Made by a program: the position numbers and the translations under genes. Source: the human T2T-CHM13v2.0 reference genome, Homo sapiens. From it: a DNA stretch of 64,000 nucleotides. The notes beneath the pieces were generated by a model. It searched no databases and had not been told where the DNA came from. It worked only from the letters and a program-made list of their open reading frames with translations. The DNA lies in the NCBI RefSeq assembly GCF_009914755.1, contig NC_060947.1; one strand, 5' to 3'. Shown one piece after another: positions 27,760 through 41,334 of the stretch (positions are counted from its first letter, which is position 1; each line of letters begins with the position of its first letter).

Positions 27760-29480
27760 AATGCTAAGGGCTCTACTTCTAATAGTGTGGAGAACACTGA
27801 TAGTCCTTGGCGTGAACTGTTTAGAGAGTTATGCAAATAAATGCATTTGACACTCTTGGTTTATCGCTTGTGAGAGGCAAGGAGTTTAGTGGCTCTATAC
27901 ATAATACCTTTGACCATATGTGGAGAACCAAAGAACATAATGAAGCTGGTTTGTTGCTCATAACTTTAGTGGACAAAGTGATGGAAGAGAATGATGAACT
28001 CAGGGATTCTGTCTCCCAGCTTCAGAAGCAAATACTGAGCCTCAAATCTGCTAAGATTGCCCTGAGTGAGAGTCTTATCTCCTGTGGAGAAAGAGCTGAA
28101 ATTGTAGAAAAACAGATACAAGCTTTTAACATGTGAGTGACTGACCTGCAATGAAGGGCACATGCACAGCCTCATGAGGTGTGTACTGTTAAAATGTGGG
28201 CATTGATTGCAAAAGAATGAGACCCTGCAACTTGGAATGGGGACATGTGGGAGGACACTGATGAAGCTGGGGACACTGAGTTTATAAACTAGGATGAACT
28301 TTTTTTTTTTGCTGGAAGAAACAGCTTCCCCATCCCCAGTAATGGCAACATCCCCTCCCACCCCATGCTGCCATCAGCCTTTCCACCTTTATCTGAGGAG
28401 ATAAACCCTGTGCTGCCTGAGGCAACAATGATGGCCTCCCCTGAGGCAGTTGCCAGGCAAGAGAATGTTGATTCTTCTCAGGAGCCACCCCCAACACCTC
28501 TGTTTGCTTCTAGGCCTATAACTAGACTAAAGTCCCAGCAGGCCCCTAGAGGTGAGGTTGAGAGTGTGACTCATGAGGAGGTGTGCTACACTCAAAAACA
28601 ACTGCTTGAGTTTTCTAATTTATATCAACAGAAATCTGGAGAACAGGCATGGGAACGGATATTAAAGGTGTGGGATAATGGTGGAAGGAATGTAGAGTTG
28701 GATCAGATGAAATATGGATTAAACATTGGCCCATTGTGAGTGAGCTGGAAATGCCTGATCTCCCTTGGTTTAATGTAGAGGAAGACATCCAAAGGCTTAG
28801 GGAGTTTGGGATTGTGGAATGGATTAGTCACTTTAGACCTATTCATCCCAGCTGGGAGGGTCCAGAACATATACTTGTGACCCATACCTTGTGAAATAGA
28901 TTTGTGAGGGCAGCACGTGCATCTTTGAAGAGCCCTGTAATTGCTCTTCTGTGTATGTCAGATCTAACAGTGGGAACCACAGTCACTCAAGTACAAAATT
29001 TAAATACAATGGGAATAATTGGATCTCAAGGTGGCAGGGACCAAGCAGCAGCACTCAACCATAACAGGCAAGGTGGGCATAGCTACCATAATGGACAGCA
29101 GAGGCAATGCAGCAATCAGAGTAATCTGACTCGTGTAGAGCTCTGGCATTGGCTAATTAATCACAGTGTTCCTTGAAGTGAAATTGATAAGAAACCTACT
29201 GCATTCCTACTTAATTTATATAAGCAGAAAACTTCTAGGTCAAATGGACAGAAGACTAATTTGAATTATAAAAACAGAGAAGCATGTCCCCTCAATCAGT
29301 TTCTAGACTTGAGCCAGTTTACAGACCTAGAACCCCTTGAATGAAGGGGAGGTTGTGTCTCCTTGAGGAAGGACCCCACTACATTACCAAAAATTTATGC
29401 AGTGAATCTTTCTCCCGTCCTTCCCCAAGGAGACCTCTGGCCTTTTGCCAGGGTAACTGTGCATTAGGAAAAGGGAAATG
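27760..29480 (+). pseudogene. gag: HERV-L gag, fragmented
   Basis: ORF pieces 27831-28136, 28365-28739 (WERILKVWDNGGRN) and 28904-29176. Confidence 0.8.
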
Positions 29481-32330
29481 CTCAGGCATTTTGGGGACTA
29501 CTGGGCAGTGGCTCTGAGCTGACATTGATTCCAGTGGAGCCAAAACGTCACTGTGGTCCTCCAGTTAAAGTAGGGGCTTATGGAGGTCAGGTAATTAATG
29601 GAGTTTTAGCTCAGGTCCAACTTACAGTGGGTCCAGTGGGTTCCCGGACTCATCCTGTTGACATTTCCCCAATGCCAAAATGCATAATTGGCATAGACAT
29701 ACTTAGCAGCTGGCAGAACCCCGACATTGGCTCCCTGATTGGTAGGGTGAGGGCTCTCATGGTGGAAAAGGCCAAATGGAAGCCATTAGAGCTGCCTTTA
29801 CCTAGAAGAATAGTAAATCAAAAACAATATTGCATCCTTGGAGGGACTGTGGAGATTAGTGCTACCATCAAGGACTTGAAAGATGCAGGGGTGGTAATTC
29901 CCACCATATCCCTGTTCAACTCGCCCATTTGGCCTGTGCAGAAGACAGATGGATCTTGGAGAATGACAGTGGACTGTTGTAAGCTTAACCAAGTGGTGAC
30001 TCCAATTGCAGCTGCTGTGCCAGATGTGGTTTCATTGCTTGAGCAAATTAACACAACTCCTGGTTCCTGGTATGCAACCATTGACTTGGCAAATGCCCTT
30101 TTCTGCATTCCTGTCCATTAGGCCTACCACAGGCAATTCACCTTCAGCTGGCAAGGCCAGCAATATACATTTACTGTTCTACCTCATGGGATTATAAACT
30201 CTCTGGCTTTGTGTCATAATCTTATTAGAAGAGAACTTGATTACATTTTGCTTCCGCAAGATATCACACTTGTCCATTACATTGATGACATTATGCTCAT
30301 TGGATCCAGTGAGCAAGAAGTAACAAACACACTGGAGTTAATTGGTGAGACATTTGCATGCCAGAGGTTGGGAAATAAATCTGACTAAAATTCAGGGACC
30401 TTCTATTTCACTAAAATATATAGGGGTTTAGTGGTGTGGGGCCTATTGAGATATTCCTTCTAAGGTGAAGGATAAGTTGCTGCATTTGGCCCCTCCTACA
30501 ACCAAGAAATTGGCATAACGCCTAGTAGGCCTATTTGGATGTTACTCTGGCCCATTTATTGAGTGACACAAAAGGCTTTCAGTTTTGAGTGGGGTCCAGA
30601 AAAGGAGAAGGCTCTGCCACAGGTCCAGGCTGCTGTGCAAGCTGCTCTGCCACTTGGGCCATATGATGCAGCAGATCCAGTGGTGCTTGAGGTGTCAATG
30701 GCTGCTGTTTGGAGCCTTTGGCAGGCCCCAGTAGGTGAATCACAGAGGAGGCCTCTAGAATTTTGGAGAAAGGCCCTGTCATCTTCTGCAGATAACTACT
30801 CCTCCCCTTTTGAGAGATAGCTCATGGTCTGTTACTGGGCCTTGGTGGAAACTGAACATTTGTCTATGGGCCGTCAAGTCACCATGTGACCTGAACTGCC
30901 TATCATGAACTGAGTGCTTTCTGACCGATCTAGCCATAAGGTGGGTCATGCACAGCAGCATTCCATCATCAAATGGAAGGGGTATATATATGATCAGGCT
31001 CCAGCAGGTCCTGAAGGCACAAGTAAGTTACATTAGGAAGTGGCTCAAATGCCCATGGTCTCCTCTCTCCCCTGCATTCTCTCCCCCAGCCTACACTGAT
31101 GGCCTCTTGGGGAGTTCTCTATGGTCTGTTGACAAGGAAGAAAAGACTAGGGCCTGGTTCACAGATGGTTCATGATTTACAAGCACCACCTGAAAGTGGA
31201 CAGCTGCAGCACTACAGCCCCTTTCTAGGACATCCCTAAAGGACAGTGGTGAAGGGAAATCTTCTCAGTGGGCAGAACTTTGAGCAGTGCACCTGGTTGT
31301 GCATTTTACATGGAAGGAGAAATGGCCAGGTGTGTAATTATACACTAATTAATTGGGCTGTAGCCAATGGTTCGGCTGGATGGTCAGGGACTTGGAAGAA
31401 GCATGATTGGAAAATTGGTGACAAAGAAATTTGGGGAAGAGGTATGTGGATGGACCTCTCTGAGTGGTCAAAAACTTGAAGATGTTTGTATCCCATGTGA
31501 GTGCTCACCAATGGGTAACTCCTGCAGAGGAGGATTTTAATAATCAAATGGATAGAATGACCCATTCTGTGCACACCACTCAGCCTCTTTCCCAGCCACT
31601 GCTGTTATCACCCAATGGACCATAAACAAAGTGGCCATGGCGGCAGAGATGGAGGTTATGCATGGGCTCAGCAACATGGACTTCCACTCACCAAGGCTGA
31701 CTTGACTATGGCCAGTGCTGAGTGCCCAATTTGCCAGCAGCAGAGATCAACACTGAGAGCTCGATATGGCACCATTCCTCTGGGTGATCAGCCAGCTGCC
31801 TGGTGGCAGGTTGATTATATTGGAACCCTTCCATCATGGAAAGAGCAGAGGTTTGTCCTCACTGGAACAGACACTCCAGATATGGGTTTGCCCATTCTGC
31901 ACGTAATGCTTCTGCCAAGACTACCATTAGTGGACTCAAGGAATGCCTTATCCACCGTCATGGTATTCCACACAGCATTGCCTCTGACTGACTAAGGCAC
32001 TCACTTTAAAGCTAAAGAAGTATAGCAGTGGGCTCATGCTAATGGAATTCACTGTTCTTACCATGTCCCCCATCATCCTGAAGTAGCTAGATTGATAGAA
32101 CGGTGGAATGGCCTTTTGAAGTCACAATTACAATGCCAACTAGGTGTCAGTATTTTGCAAGGCTGGGGCAAAGTTCTCCAGAAGGCCGTGTATGCTCTGA
32201 ATCAGCATCCAATATATGGTACTATTTCTCCAATAGCCAGGATTTACACATCCAGAAATCAAGGGGTGGAAGTGGAAGTGACACCACTCACCATCACCCC
32301 TAGTGATCCACTAGCAAAATTTTTCCTTTT
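29480..32330 (+). pseudogene. pol: HERV-L protease/pol (RT, RNase H, integrase), fragmented
   Basis: [29 protein letters not shown] at ~30278, WFTDGS (RNase H), H..GH..CPIC zinc finger, WQVD, IERWN. Confidence 0.9.
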
Positions 32331-32339
32331 TTATTTTGG

Positions 32340-32650
32340 GACACTATGTTGTGCTGGCCTAGTGGTCTTAGTTCCAGAGGGAGGAACGCTGCCACCAGGA
32401 GACAGAATGAGTCCATTAAACTGAAAATTAAGATTGCCACCTGGACCCTTTGGGTGCCTTCTACCTTTAATCAACAGGCTAAGACAGGACTTACAGTGTC
32501 AGCTTGGGTGATCGACTTGGACTGTTAAGATGAAATCAGCCTACTACTCCACAACAGAGGTAAGGAGGGTATGCATGGAATACAGGAGATCCATTAGGGT
32601 GTCTCTTAGTATTACCATGCCCTGTGATTAAGCTCAATGGGAAACTACAA
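32340..32650 (+). pseudogene. HERV-L dUTPase remnant downstream of integrase
   Basis: LVPEGGTLPPGD...LPPG..G...VID.D.QDEISL-like text at the position known for the ERV-L dUTPase. Confidence 0.65.
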
Positions 32651-35600
32651 CAGCCAAATCCAGGCAGGACTACAAATGACCCAGACCCTTCAGGAATGAA
32701 GGTTTGGGTCAGTCCACCAGAAAAAAAAAAAAACCAAAAAAAAACCCAAAACAAAACATGACCTGCTGAGGTGCTTATGAAGGCAAAGGGAATACAGAGT
32801 GGGCAGTAGAAGAAGGTATTCATCAATAGCAGCTACAACCACGTGATCAGCTGCAGAAATGAGGACTGTAATTGTTAAGTGTATTTCCTCCTTTTGTTGA
32901 AAACATGTTTGTGCGTCTATACACTTGTACTAAGAAAATATCTTCATTTTATTTCCTTTCTCCTGTATCATGTGACGTAAGATTTATTGACTTCATGTCA
33001 GCATTTAAGTATTGTTAACGTTATGTAATAGTATTTGGGTTGGCGATTGGTGCGTTTCTGGTTGTATGAAGAATAGTTGTATTATGTTAAGTGTAATTAT
33101 GACCTTACTATTGTCTTTATTTGAAGATTATGTATGATCTCAGGAGATGTGTATGGGTTCAAGTTTACAAGGGGTGAAGTTGTTATGGTTTATAATGAAT
33201 GTCAACTTGATTGGATTGAAGGTGTTGATTGCCTCTGAGGGTGCTGCCAAAAGAGTTTAACATTTGACTCAGTGGTCTGGGAAAGGCAGACCCACCCTTA
33301 ATCTGATTAGGGCACAATCTCATTAGTTATCAGCACAGCTAGAATATAAGCAGGCAAAAAAAATGTGAAAAGAGAGACTGGACTAACCTCCCAGCCTACA
33401 TCTTTCTCCTGTGCTGGATGCTTCCTGCCCTCGAACATGGGACTCTAAGTTCTTCAGTTTTGGAACTCAGACTGGCTTTCCTTGCTTCTCAGCCTGCACA
33501 TGGCCTATTGTGGGACCCCGTGACTGTGTGAGTTAATACTTAATAAACTCCCCTTTACATATATATATATATAGTTCATTAGCTCTGTCCCTCTAGAGAA
33601 CCCTGATAAATACAATATATATACAACAATTTCTTTATCCGTTCATCCACTGAAGGATGTATAGGTTGTTTCCACATTTTGCCTATTGTGAATAGTGCTT
33701 CAATGAACATAGAAGTGTTAATATCTCTTTGACATACTGATTTCATTTTTTTGAATATATATCTAGAAGTGGAATTGCTGGATCATATGAATGTTCTGTT
33801 TTTATTTTTTTAAGAAACATTGATAATCTTTACCATGGAAGCTGCACTGTTTTGCATTCCCACCAATAGTGTACAAGGGCTCCAAATTCTCAACATTCTT
33901 GAGAACACTTTTTTTTTTAATAATAGTCATCCTGACAGGTGTGAAGTGACATATCATTGTGGTTTTGATTTGCATTTTTGTGTTGATTAGTCATGTTGAA
34001 CATTTTTTCATATACCTGTTGATCATTTGTAACTCTTTGGAGAAATGTCTATTTATGTCATTAGCTTATTCTTAAAATCAGATTATTTTTTGTTTCTACT
34101 GAGTGACAGGAGTTCTGTATACATTTTGGAGATTAATCTCTTATCAAATATACGGCTTACAAATATTTTCTTCTATTGTGTGTGTTGCCTTTTCACGCTG
34201 TTGTTTCCTTTGCTGTGTAGAATCTTTTTAGTTTGATTTACTCCCACTTGTTCAAAATATGTCAGTATTTCTGTAAATAAGTGGCAATCTACATTGATGA
34301 CAAAGTATTTAGAATAAGCGGCATTAACATAGAGTGTGGATGGTAAAGGGAGACTTCCTAGAGGAGGGTATGAAACCTGAGAGTTCTTACTCTAACTTTC
34401 ACTTCATGTTGACTGGCCTTGTTCTATGATATTTCCCTTCCTGTTACGTTTCGTGCTTCCATTTCCTGATACTTCTCATGGGCATGTTTAATCATAGAGG
34501 CAAGAGTCTTTAGAGGTAGTCTTGTTTATGCTCCTTGCTGACAGAGCTGTAAACTCAAAACATACCTGGAGAAGGTGAAAATCTACTTTTCATTCCCTAA
34601 TTTTTATCTTAGAGGATTCTTTGCCCCTTTGAAAGTGCTGGGGAAAGAGAAGTGAACTCACAACATCATTTACATTTCTAAGTTTATGTCCACAATGTTA
34701 AAATTTATCTGATAAATAATAGGACATGAATTTGGTCCTGGGTTATTCTTCGTGAAATAACCTATGCTAAAAAGACTGTTCTAAAACAATTTTCTTTCTT
34801 TGAAAAAAACATGGGATGATTATTTCAGTTTCTGGAGGGTCTCTGTGGTTCTGAGACAAATGAAATCCTCTGGGCTATAAAAGTGCCAAAGTTGGCCCTA
34901 AAATATATTCCACTATCATGGGAGTGTTTAGTCTCAGAGTTGGAAGGAATATCGGAAATTATAGAGTTCACTTCACAAGAAAGTTTTAGGGATAATGTTA
35001 GATTATGTATTTTTAACCCCTTAAAATATTAAGGAAATGAAAGTTGTGTCAGGGCCAAAGTTTTACTAGTAATTTACTCGTGTATGTCCCATATATAAAG
35101 TAATAGTAGTATTAGGATGAGTAAGAATGACATCAGGTACTCTTCATTTTCTAGTGCTCAATCTGATGTCCAGCTGGCTCAGGAGTGAACACTCCCCCCA
35201 TAGGATAGTGATGCACTATGCACTACAGTGAAATTTGCATTCTTTTCTAAAGCAGTGAACACTGATCATCACATCTAGTAAGGTAGAGATCTAGAAGGCT
35301 CAGAAAAGAACATAGCACTGTAACTTCTCTGCTCCCTCTATCAGAAAATGCTGCTGCTGCAACTGTGTAATGACAAGAGATGTTAGAACAGGATCTGTTG
35401 ACACCTGGATTTTTGTTTAGTTCCTATGTATTGAGATACATATATTAAAGATACACTTGGTTTGAAATTATAGTAATTTGCATTGCTTGCTCTGCTAATT
35501 AATTACCTCAGGAAATCCAGTCTTTTTACTTAATCAGAACATTCAACCTCCTTGAAAGAGCTTGACATAAAGTCTATGCTGCTTTCTTCAGGAAGAATGT

Positions 35601-35801
35601 GATTTTTTACTTACTTCTCAAGCCCAAGAAATTAAATTTATTCTTTTCCAGTTGACTCTATTAAAGGTACTGCTTGTATTTATGGTCTGAATGAACCATA
35701 GACAATTTATAAATTAAAGTTGTTTAAACCTTTTCAGGATGATGGTGAAGGCAGGATAAGTTTTCTCATGTTGTGAGCATTTAGATAATTTTCAGGGAAG
35801 A

Positions 35802-35831
35802 TATATATATATATATATATATATATAATCT

Positions 35832-35870
<39 letters not shown>

Positions 35871-36005
35871 CTCCTATATATCCTATATATAGATATGTCA
35901 TATATATCCTATATATGTCATATACATATCCTATATATGTCATATATATCCCATATATGTCTCATATATATGCTATATATGTCATATATATATCCCATAT
36001 ATATA
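35802..36005. repeat. Two (TA)n microsatellites and a degenerate ~20-bp AT-rich minisatellite
   Basis: (TA)n 35802-35827 and 35834-35867; repeated gtcatatatatcctatatat units. Confidence 0.95.
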
Positions 36006-36744
36006 TTTCTCTTCTGTGGTGGACTAATATTTATTTTTTGATTGCCAGTAATGGGGATAGATTTTTCTTTGTATGGAGAGTATTCTCTAAGAAGATATCA
36101 TCTCATGCTGGTTCAATTAGTACTGAGTACTCTGGTATAAGGGGATATATAAAATGTGGAATTTCTTCCAACTCTGTTAGACCCCAAGAAGAGTATGTTA
36201 GGAATTTATCCTTAATGATAGACATGAGAAAGAATATAGAAATGGTACAACAAAAAAGTAGTGCTTATTATAGTAATTGGCGTGTGAGAAGCATTTAGTA
36301 AGTACTTGTTGAATAGATGAATGAAGTCATATGATTAACTCAAGTATTTACTGAGTTCTTAGTGATTGTCACCATGTAGTTGGTTCTTTATTTATCAGGA
36401 AAAAAATTACACACTGAGGCTTTTTTCATTGGATTGGGTAAGCAAATCTAATAAAGGACCTTCAAACAATTATACAACAAATAGCAAGTAGTAAAAATAC
36501 AAGTCAAGCCATCTGGCTAATTCAAGGCCCATATAAGTCAGTCTGCATGTTTGAGATGATGTAGGGAATGCATCTAGGTATCCATAATATTTAGGGGCTG
36601 AATTAGCTGGATATTTTGGTTTAAGATTATTATGAATTGCTCAGTCTCTTCTGACTAAGGATAGGAAATAGAAAAATGATATGGTATTCCCCATTCCTGA
36701 TAGCACTGTCCTATAATTGTTCTTCTCAACCCCCACACATCGAT

Positions 36745-37073
36745 CAGTTCAAAATGAACATCTCTAATCCAAAAATATAAAATGCTCCAAAATCCAAAAC
36801 TTACTGAGTGATGATGTGATGCCATAAGTGGAAAATTACACAAAGTACTTAACAAAAACTTTTTTCATTCACAAAATTATTTAAAATATTGTATAAAATT
36901 ACCTTTAGCTATATGTGTAAGGTATATATGTAACATAAATAAGGTTCATGTTTAGACTTGGGTCCCATTCCCAAGATATATAAAAATGTTTACACAAATA
37001 TGCCAAAATTCAAAAAGATCTGCAGTCTAAAACACTTCTGGTGCCATGCGTTTCAGATAAGGGATACTCAACC
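36745..37073 (+). mobile_element. Tigger4b (Zombi)-like DNA transposon
   Basis: aatgctccaaaatcc...ttgggtcccattcccaagata...gataagggatactcaacct. Confidence 0.75.
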
Positions 37074-37409
37074 TCTTTATGCATACTATGTATATGCATA
37101 TATTTGTTAGACATTTTACCCTATGCCAAAATGTTTATTACACATTTTACCCTATGCCAAACTGTTCTTTAATTGTCATTTTCTCCTCTGTTACCAATAC
37201 TATTTTTGAATGCATTACTTTCTGCTGAAGTGATTGTGGAATACCTATAATCTGCCATGTTGTATGTCCTGTTCACATCAAATATTTTTAGTTCTGTTTT
37301 ACTGGAAATTTTAAGGATGTGGAAATATATTTATACATGTAGGTTCATAGTAATGCACATTTTAATTGTTTCCAAACTAACTCTTTCAAAATATGCTACA
37401 AAGAGTGTT

Positions 37410-38270
37410 CTTTTTTAATTTTTATGGGTACATATTAGATTAACCTATTTCTAGGGTAAATGAGATATTTTGATACAGGCATACAATGTGTAATAGTCAC
37501 ATCAGGATAAATGGGGTGTTCATTACCTTAAGCACTTATCATTCAGTTATTTTTAGATGTACAATAAAGTGTTCTTCATTGTAGTCACTCTGTTATGCTA
37601 TCAAATACTAGATCTTATTTATTCTCTCTTAAATTTTTATAACCATTGACAATCCTCAATTTCTGTCACCCCCACATCACTGCTCAGCCTATGGTAACCA
37701 TCTTTCTGTTCTCTATCTCCGTTAAGTTTAATTGTTTTAATTTACAACTCCTACAAATGAGTGAGAACATTTGAAGTTTGACTTTCTGTGCCTGCCTTAT
37801 ACTTAATGTCCTCCAGTTCCTCACATGTTATTAAAATTACAGGATCTCCTTCTTTTTTAATGACTGAATAATACTCCATTGTGTATATATACCACATTTT
37901 TTTTTATCCATTCATCTGTTGATGGATGCGGGTTGCTTCCAAATCTTGGCTTCCAAATCGATTGCTGTATCATGTGGTAGTACTGTTTTTAGTAATTTGA
38001 GGAACCTCCAAACTGTTCTTCATAGTGTTTGTACTAATCTATATTACTATCAAAAGTGTATGAGGTTTCCCTTTTCTCCACATCCTTTCCAGCATTCCTT
38101 AATTATCTGTCTATTGGAAAAAGCCATTTTAACTATGGTGAGATGATATCTCATTATAGTTTCAATTTGCATTTCTCTTATAATCAATGATGTTCAGCAG
38201 CTTTTCATATACATGTTTGCCATTTGTATGTCTTCTTTTGAGAAATTCCTATTGACACTTTTGCACATTT
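37410..38270 (-). mobile_element. L1MA2/3-like 3' fragment
   Basis: tttttatgggtaca...ttttgatacaggcatacaatgtgtaata L1MA 3'UTR. Confidence 0.8.
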
Positions 38271-38432
38271 ATTTACAAAATTTTATTTTTAATTTTTGTG
38301 GGGGCATAGTAGGTATAAATATTTATAGGTATATAAGATATTTTGATACGGACATGCAATGTGTAATAATCGCATCAGCATAAATGAGGTATTTATCAGC
38401 TGAAGTATTACACACAATCCAATTATACTCTT

Positions 38433-38995
38433 TGATATGATTTGGCTCTGTGTCCCCACCCAAATCTCATCTTGAATTGCACTCCCATAATTCCCACATA
38501 TTGTGAGAGGTGCCTGGTGGGAGATAATTGAATCATGGGGGGCAGGTCTTTGCTTTTCTCATGATAGTGAATAAGTCTCATGAGATCTGATGGCTTTATA
38601 AGGTGGAGTTTTCCTGCACAAGTTCTCTTTGCCTGCCGCCATTCACTTAAGATGTGATTTGCTCCTCCTTGCGTTCTGCTATGATTGTGAGGCTTCCCCA
38701 GCCACGTGGAGCTATATATAAGTCCAGTTAAATCTCTTTCTTTTGTAAATTGCCCAGTCTCGGGTATATCTTTATCAGCAGCGTGAAAATGGACTAATAC
38801 AGTAAATTGGTGCCAGGAATGGGGCGTTGCTAAAAAGATATCAAAAAATGTGGAAGCAACTTTGGAACTCGGTAACAGGCAGAGGTTGGAACAGTTTGGA
38901 GGGCTCAGAAGAAGACAGGAAAATGTAGGAAACTTTGCAACTTCCTAGAGACTTGTTGAATGGCTTTGCCCAAAAGCCTGATAGTGATATGGATA
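38433..38995 (+). mobile_element. THE1B LTR (38433-38801) plus truncated THE1-int
   Basis: TGATATG..TGGCTCTGTGTCCCCACCCAAATCTC...GGACTAATACA then gtaaattggtgccag internal start. Confidence 0.9.
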
Positions 38996-41041
38996 CAATA
39001 ATCTCCAATTCCATTGATGTTGTTGCAAATGACAGGATCTCATTCGTTTTTATGGCTGAATAGTACTCCATTGTGTATATGTACCACATTTTCTTTATTC
39101 ATCTGTTGATGGACAATTAGGATGTGTCCAAATATTGTCTATTGTAAGTAGTGCTACAAAAAACAAGGGTTCCATTTTCTCCACATTCTCACCACAATTT
39201 GTTACTGCCTGACTCTTTAGATCAAAGGCATTTTAACTGGAGTGAGATGATATCTCATTGTAGTTTTCATTTGCATTTCTCTCATGATCAGTGATGTTGA
39301 GCACCTTCTCGTATGCCTGTTTGCCATTTGTATGTCTTCTTCGGAGAAATGCCTATTCAAGTATTTTGTCCATTTTTAATTGGATTATTCATTTGTTCCC
39401 ATATAATAGTTTAAGCTCCCTGTATATTCTGGTTATTAATACCTTGTCAGATGAGTAGTTGGAAAGTATTTTCTCCCATTCGGTGGGTTGTCTCTTCCCC
39501 TTGTTGATTGTTTCCTTTTCTGTGCAGAAGCTTTTTAACTTGAAGTGATCCCACATGTCCATTTTTGCCTTGGTTGCCTGTGCTTCCCGGGTATTAGTCA
39601 AGAAATCTTTGCCCAGTTTAATGTCCTGAAGTTTCTTCCAAAGTTTTCTTTTAGTAGTTTCTGAGTTTGAGGTCTTAGATTTAAGTATTTAATCCATTTT
39701 TATTTGCTTTTGATAAATGGTGAGAGATAGTGGTCTGGTTTCATTCTTTTGCACGTGGATATTCAGTTTTCCTAGCACCATTTTTTGAAGAGACTGTCCT
39801 TTCTCCAGTGTAACTTCTTGGCAACATTATCAAAACTGAAGTTATTGTAGATGTATCGATTTGCCTCTGGGTTTCCTAAACAGTTCCACTGATCTATGTG
39901 TCTGTTTTTATGCCAGTACTGTCCTGTTTTGGTTTCTCTAGCTCTGTAGTATAAAGTCAGGTAATGTTATTCCTGCAGTTTTGTTCTTTTTGGTCAGGAT
40001 GACTTTGGCTATTCTGGGTCTTTTGTGTATCTATACAAATTTTAAAATTGTTTTTTCTATTTCTGTTAAGAATATCATAGATGTTTTGGTAGAGATTGCA
40101 TGAAGTCTGTAGATTGCTTTGAGTAGTATGTAGATTTTTAACAATATTAACTCTTCCAGTCCATGAACATGGAATTTCTTTCAATTTTCTTGTTTTCTTC
40201 AATTTTTTTGCATCAGAGTTTTATAATTTTTATTGTAGAGGTCTTTCACTTATTTGATTAAGTAAATTCCAAGGTATTTTATTTATAGCTACTGTAAATG
40301 GGACTTTACTCTTTATTTCTTTTTCAGATTATTCATTGTTGACATGTAGAAATGCTACTAATTTTTGTACATTTATTTTGTATCCTATAACATTCCTGAA
40401 TATGTTTATCAGTTCTAACAGGTTTTTTTTGGTGGGGTCTTTGAGTTTTTCCATATGTAAGATTATATAATTTGACTTTTTCCTTCACAAGATGGATGTT
40501 CTTTTTTTTTTTTCCTCTTGTTGGATTGCTCTAACTAGGGCTTTCAGTACTCTGTTGAATAACAGTGGTGAAAATGTGGATCCTTGTCTTATTTCTGAAC
40601 TTAAAGGAAAGCTTTCAGTTTTTCCTCATACATATGATACTAGCTATGTGTCTGTCATATATGGCTTTAATTATGTTCAGGTATGTTCTCTCTATATCCA
40701 GTTTTTGAGGGTTTTTATCATGAAGAAATGTAAAATATTATCAAAGGCTTTTCAGCATCAGTTGAAATGATCATTTGGTTTTGTTCTTTATTCTGGTTAT
40801 ATAGTGTATCACATTAATTGATTTGCATATGTTGAACCATCCTTCCATCCCTGAGATAAATCCCACTTGGTCATAATAAATAATTTTTCTAATGTATTAT
40901 TGCATTCAGTTTTCTAGTATTTTGTTGAAGATGTTTATACAGTATGCTTCAGTATATTGGACTATAGTTTTTTTTTTTGGTTTGTTTGTTTTTTTTTTAA
41001 GTGTCTTTGTCTGGTTTTGGTATCTCATAGGATGAGTTTGG

Positions 41042-41334
41042 GGCCGGGCACTGTGGCTCACTCCTGTAATCCCAGCACTTTGGGAGGCCGAAGCAGGTGG
41101 ATCACTTGAGGTCAGAAGTTTGAGACCAGCCTGGCCAACATGGCAAAACCCCGTCTCTACTAAAAATAGAAAAATTAGTTGGGCGTGGAGATGCATACTT
41201 GTAGTCCTAGCTACTCGGGAGGCTGAGGCAGGAGAATTTCTTGAACCTGGGAGGAAGAGATTGCAATGAGCTGAGATTGCACTACTCCACTCCAGCCTGG
41301 GTGACAGAGCAAGACTCCATTTCAAAAAAAAAAA
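41042..41334 (+). mobile_element. Alu (AluSx/Sz-like)
   Basis: Full Alu; TSD gagtttgg. Confidence 0.95.

Larger units (their letters stand above)
27211..33614 (+). mobile_element. HERV-L provirus, near full length, with MLT2A1-like LTRs (27211-27652 and 33181-33614)
   Basis: TG...CA LTR ends, PBS region gattttggtactag, PPT aaggggtgaagt, 5-bp TSD atgta/atata, gag-pol-dUTPase order, no env. Confidence 0.95.
26840..34250 (-). mobile_element. L1MB-like 3' fragment split by HERV-L (26840-27210 and 33615-34250)
   Basis: L1 text aataatattccaatgtatgta continues as tatacaacaatttctttatcc after the provirus. Confidence 0.8.

Noticed and set aside
35915-36298. 127-aa ORF
   Set aside because: Starts in low-complexity TA repeat (Y/I-rich); no domain recognised
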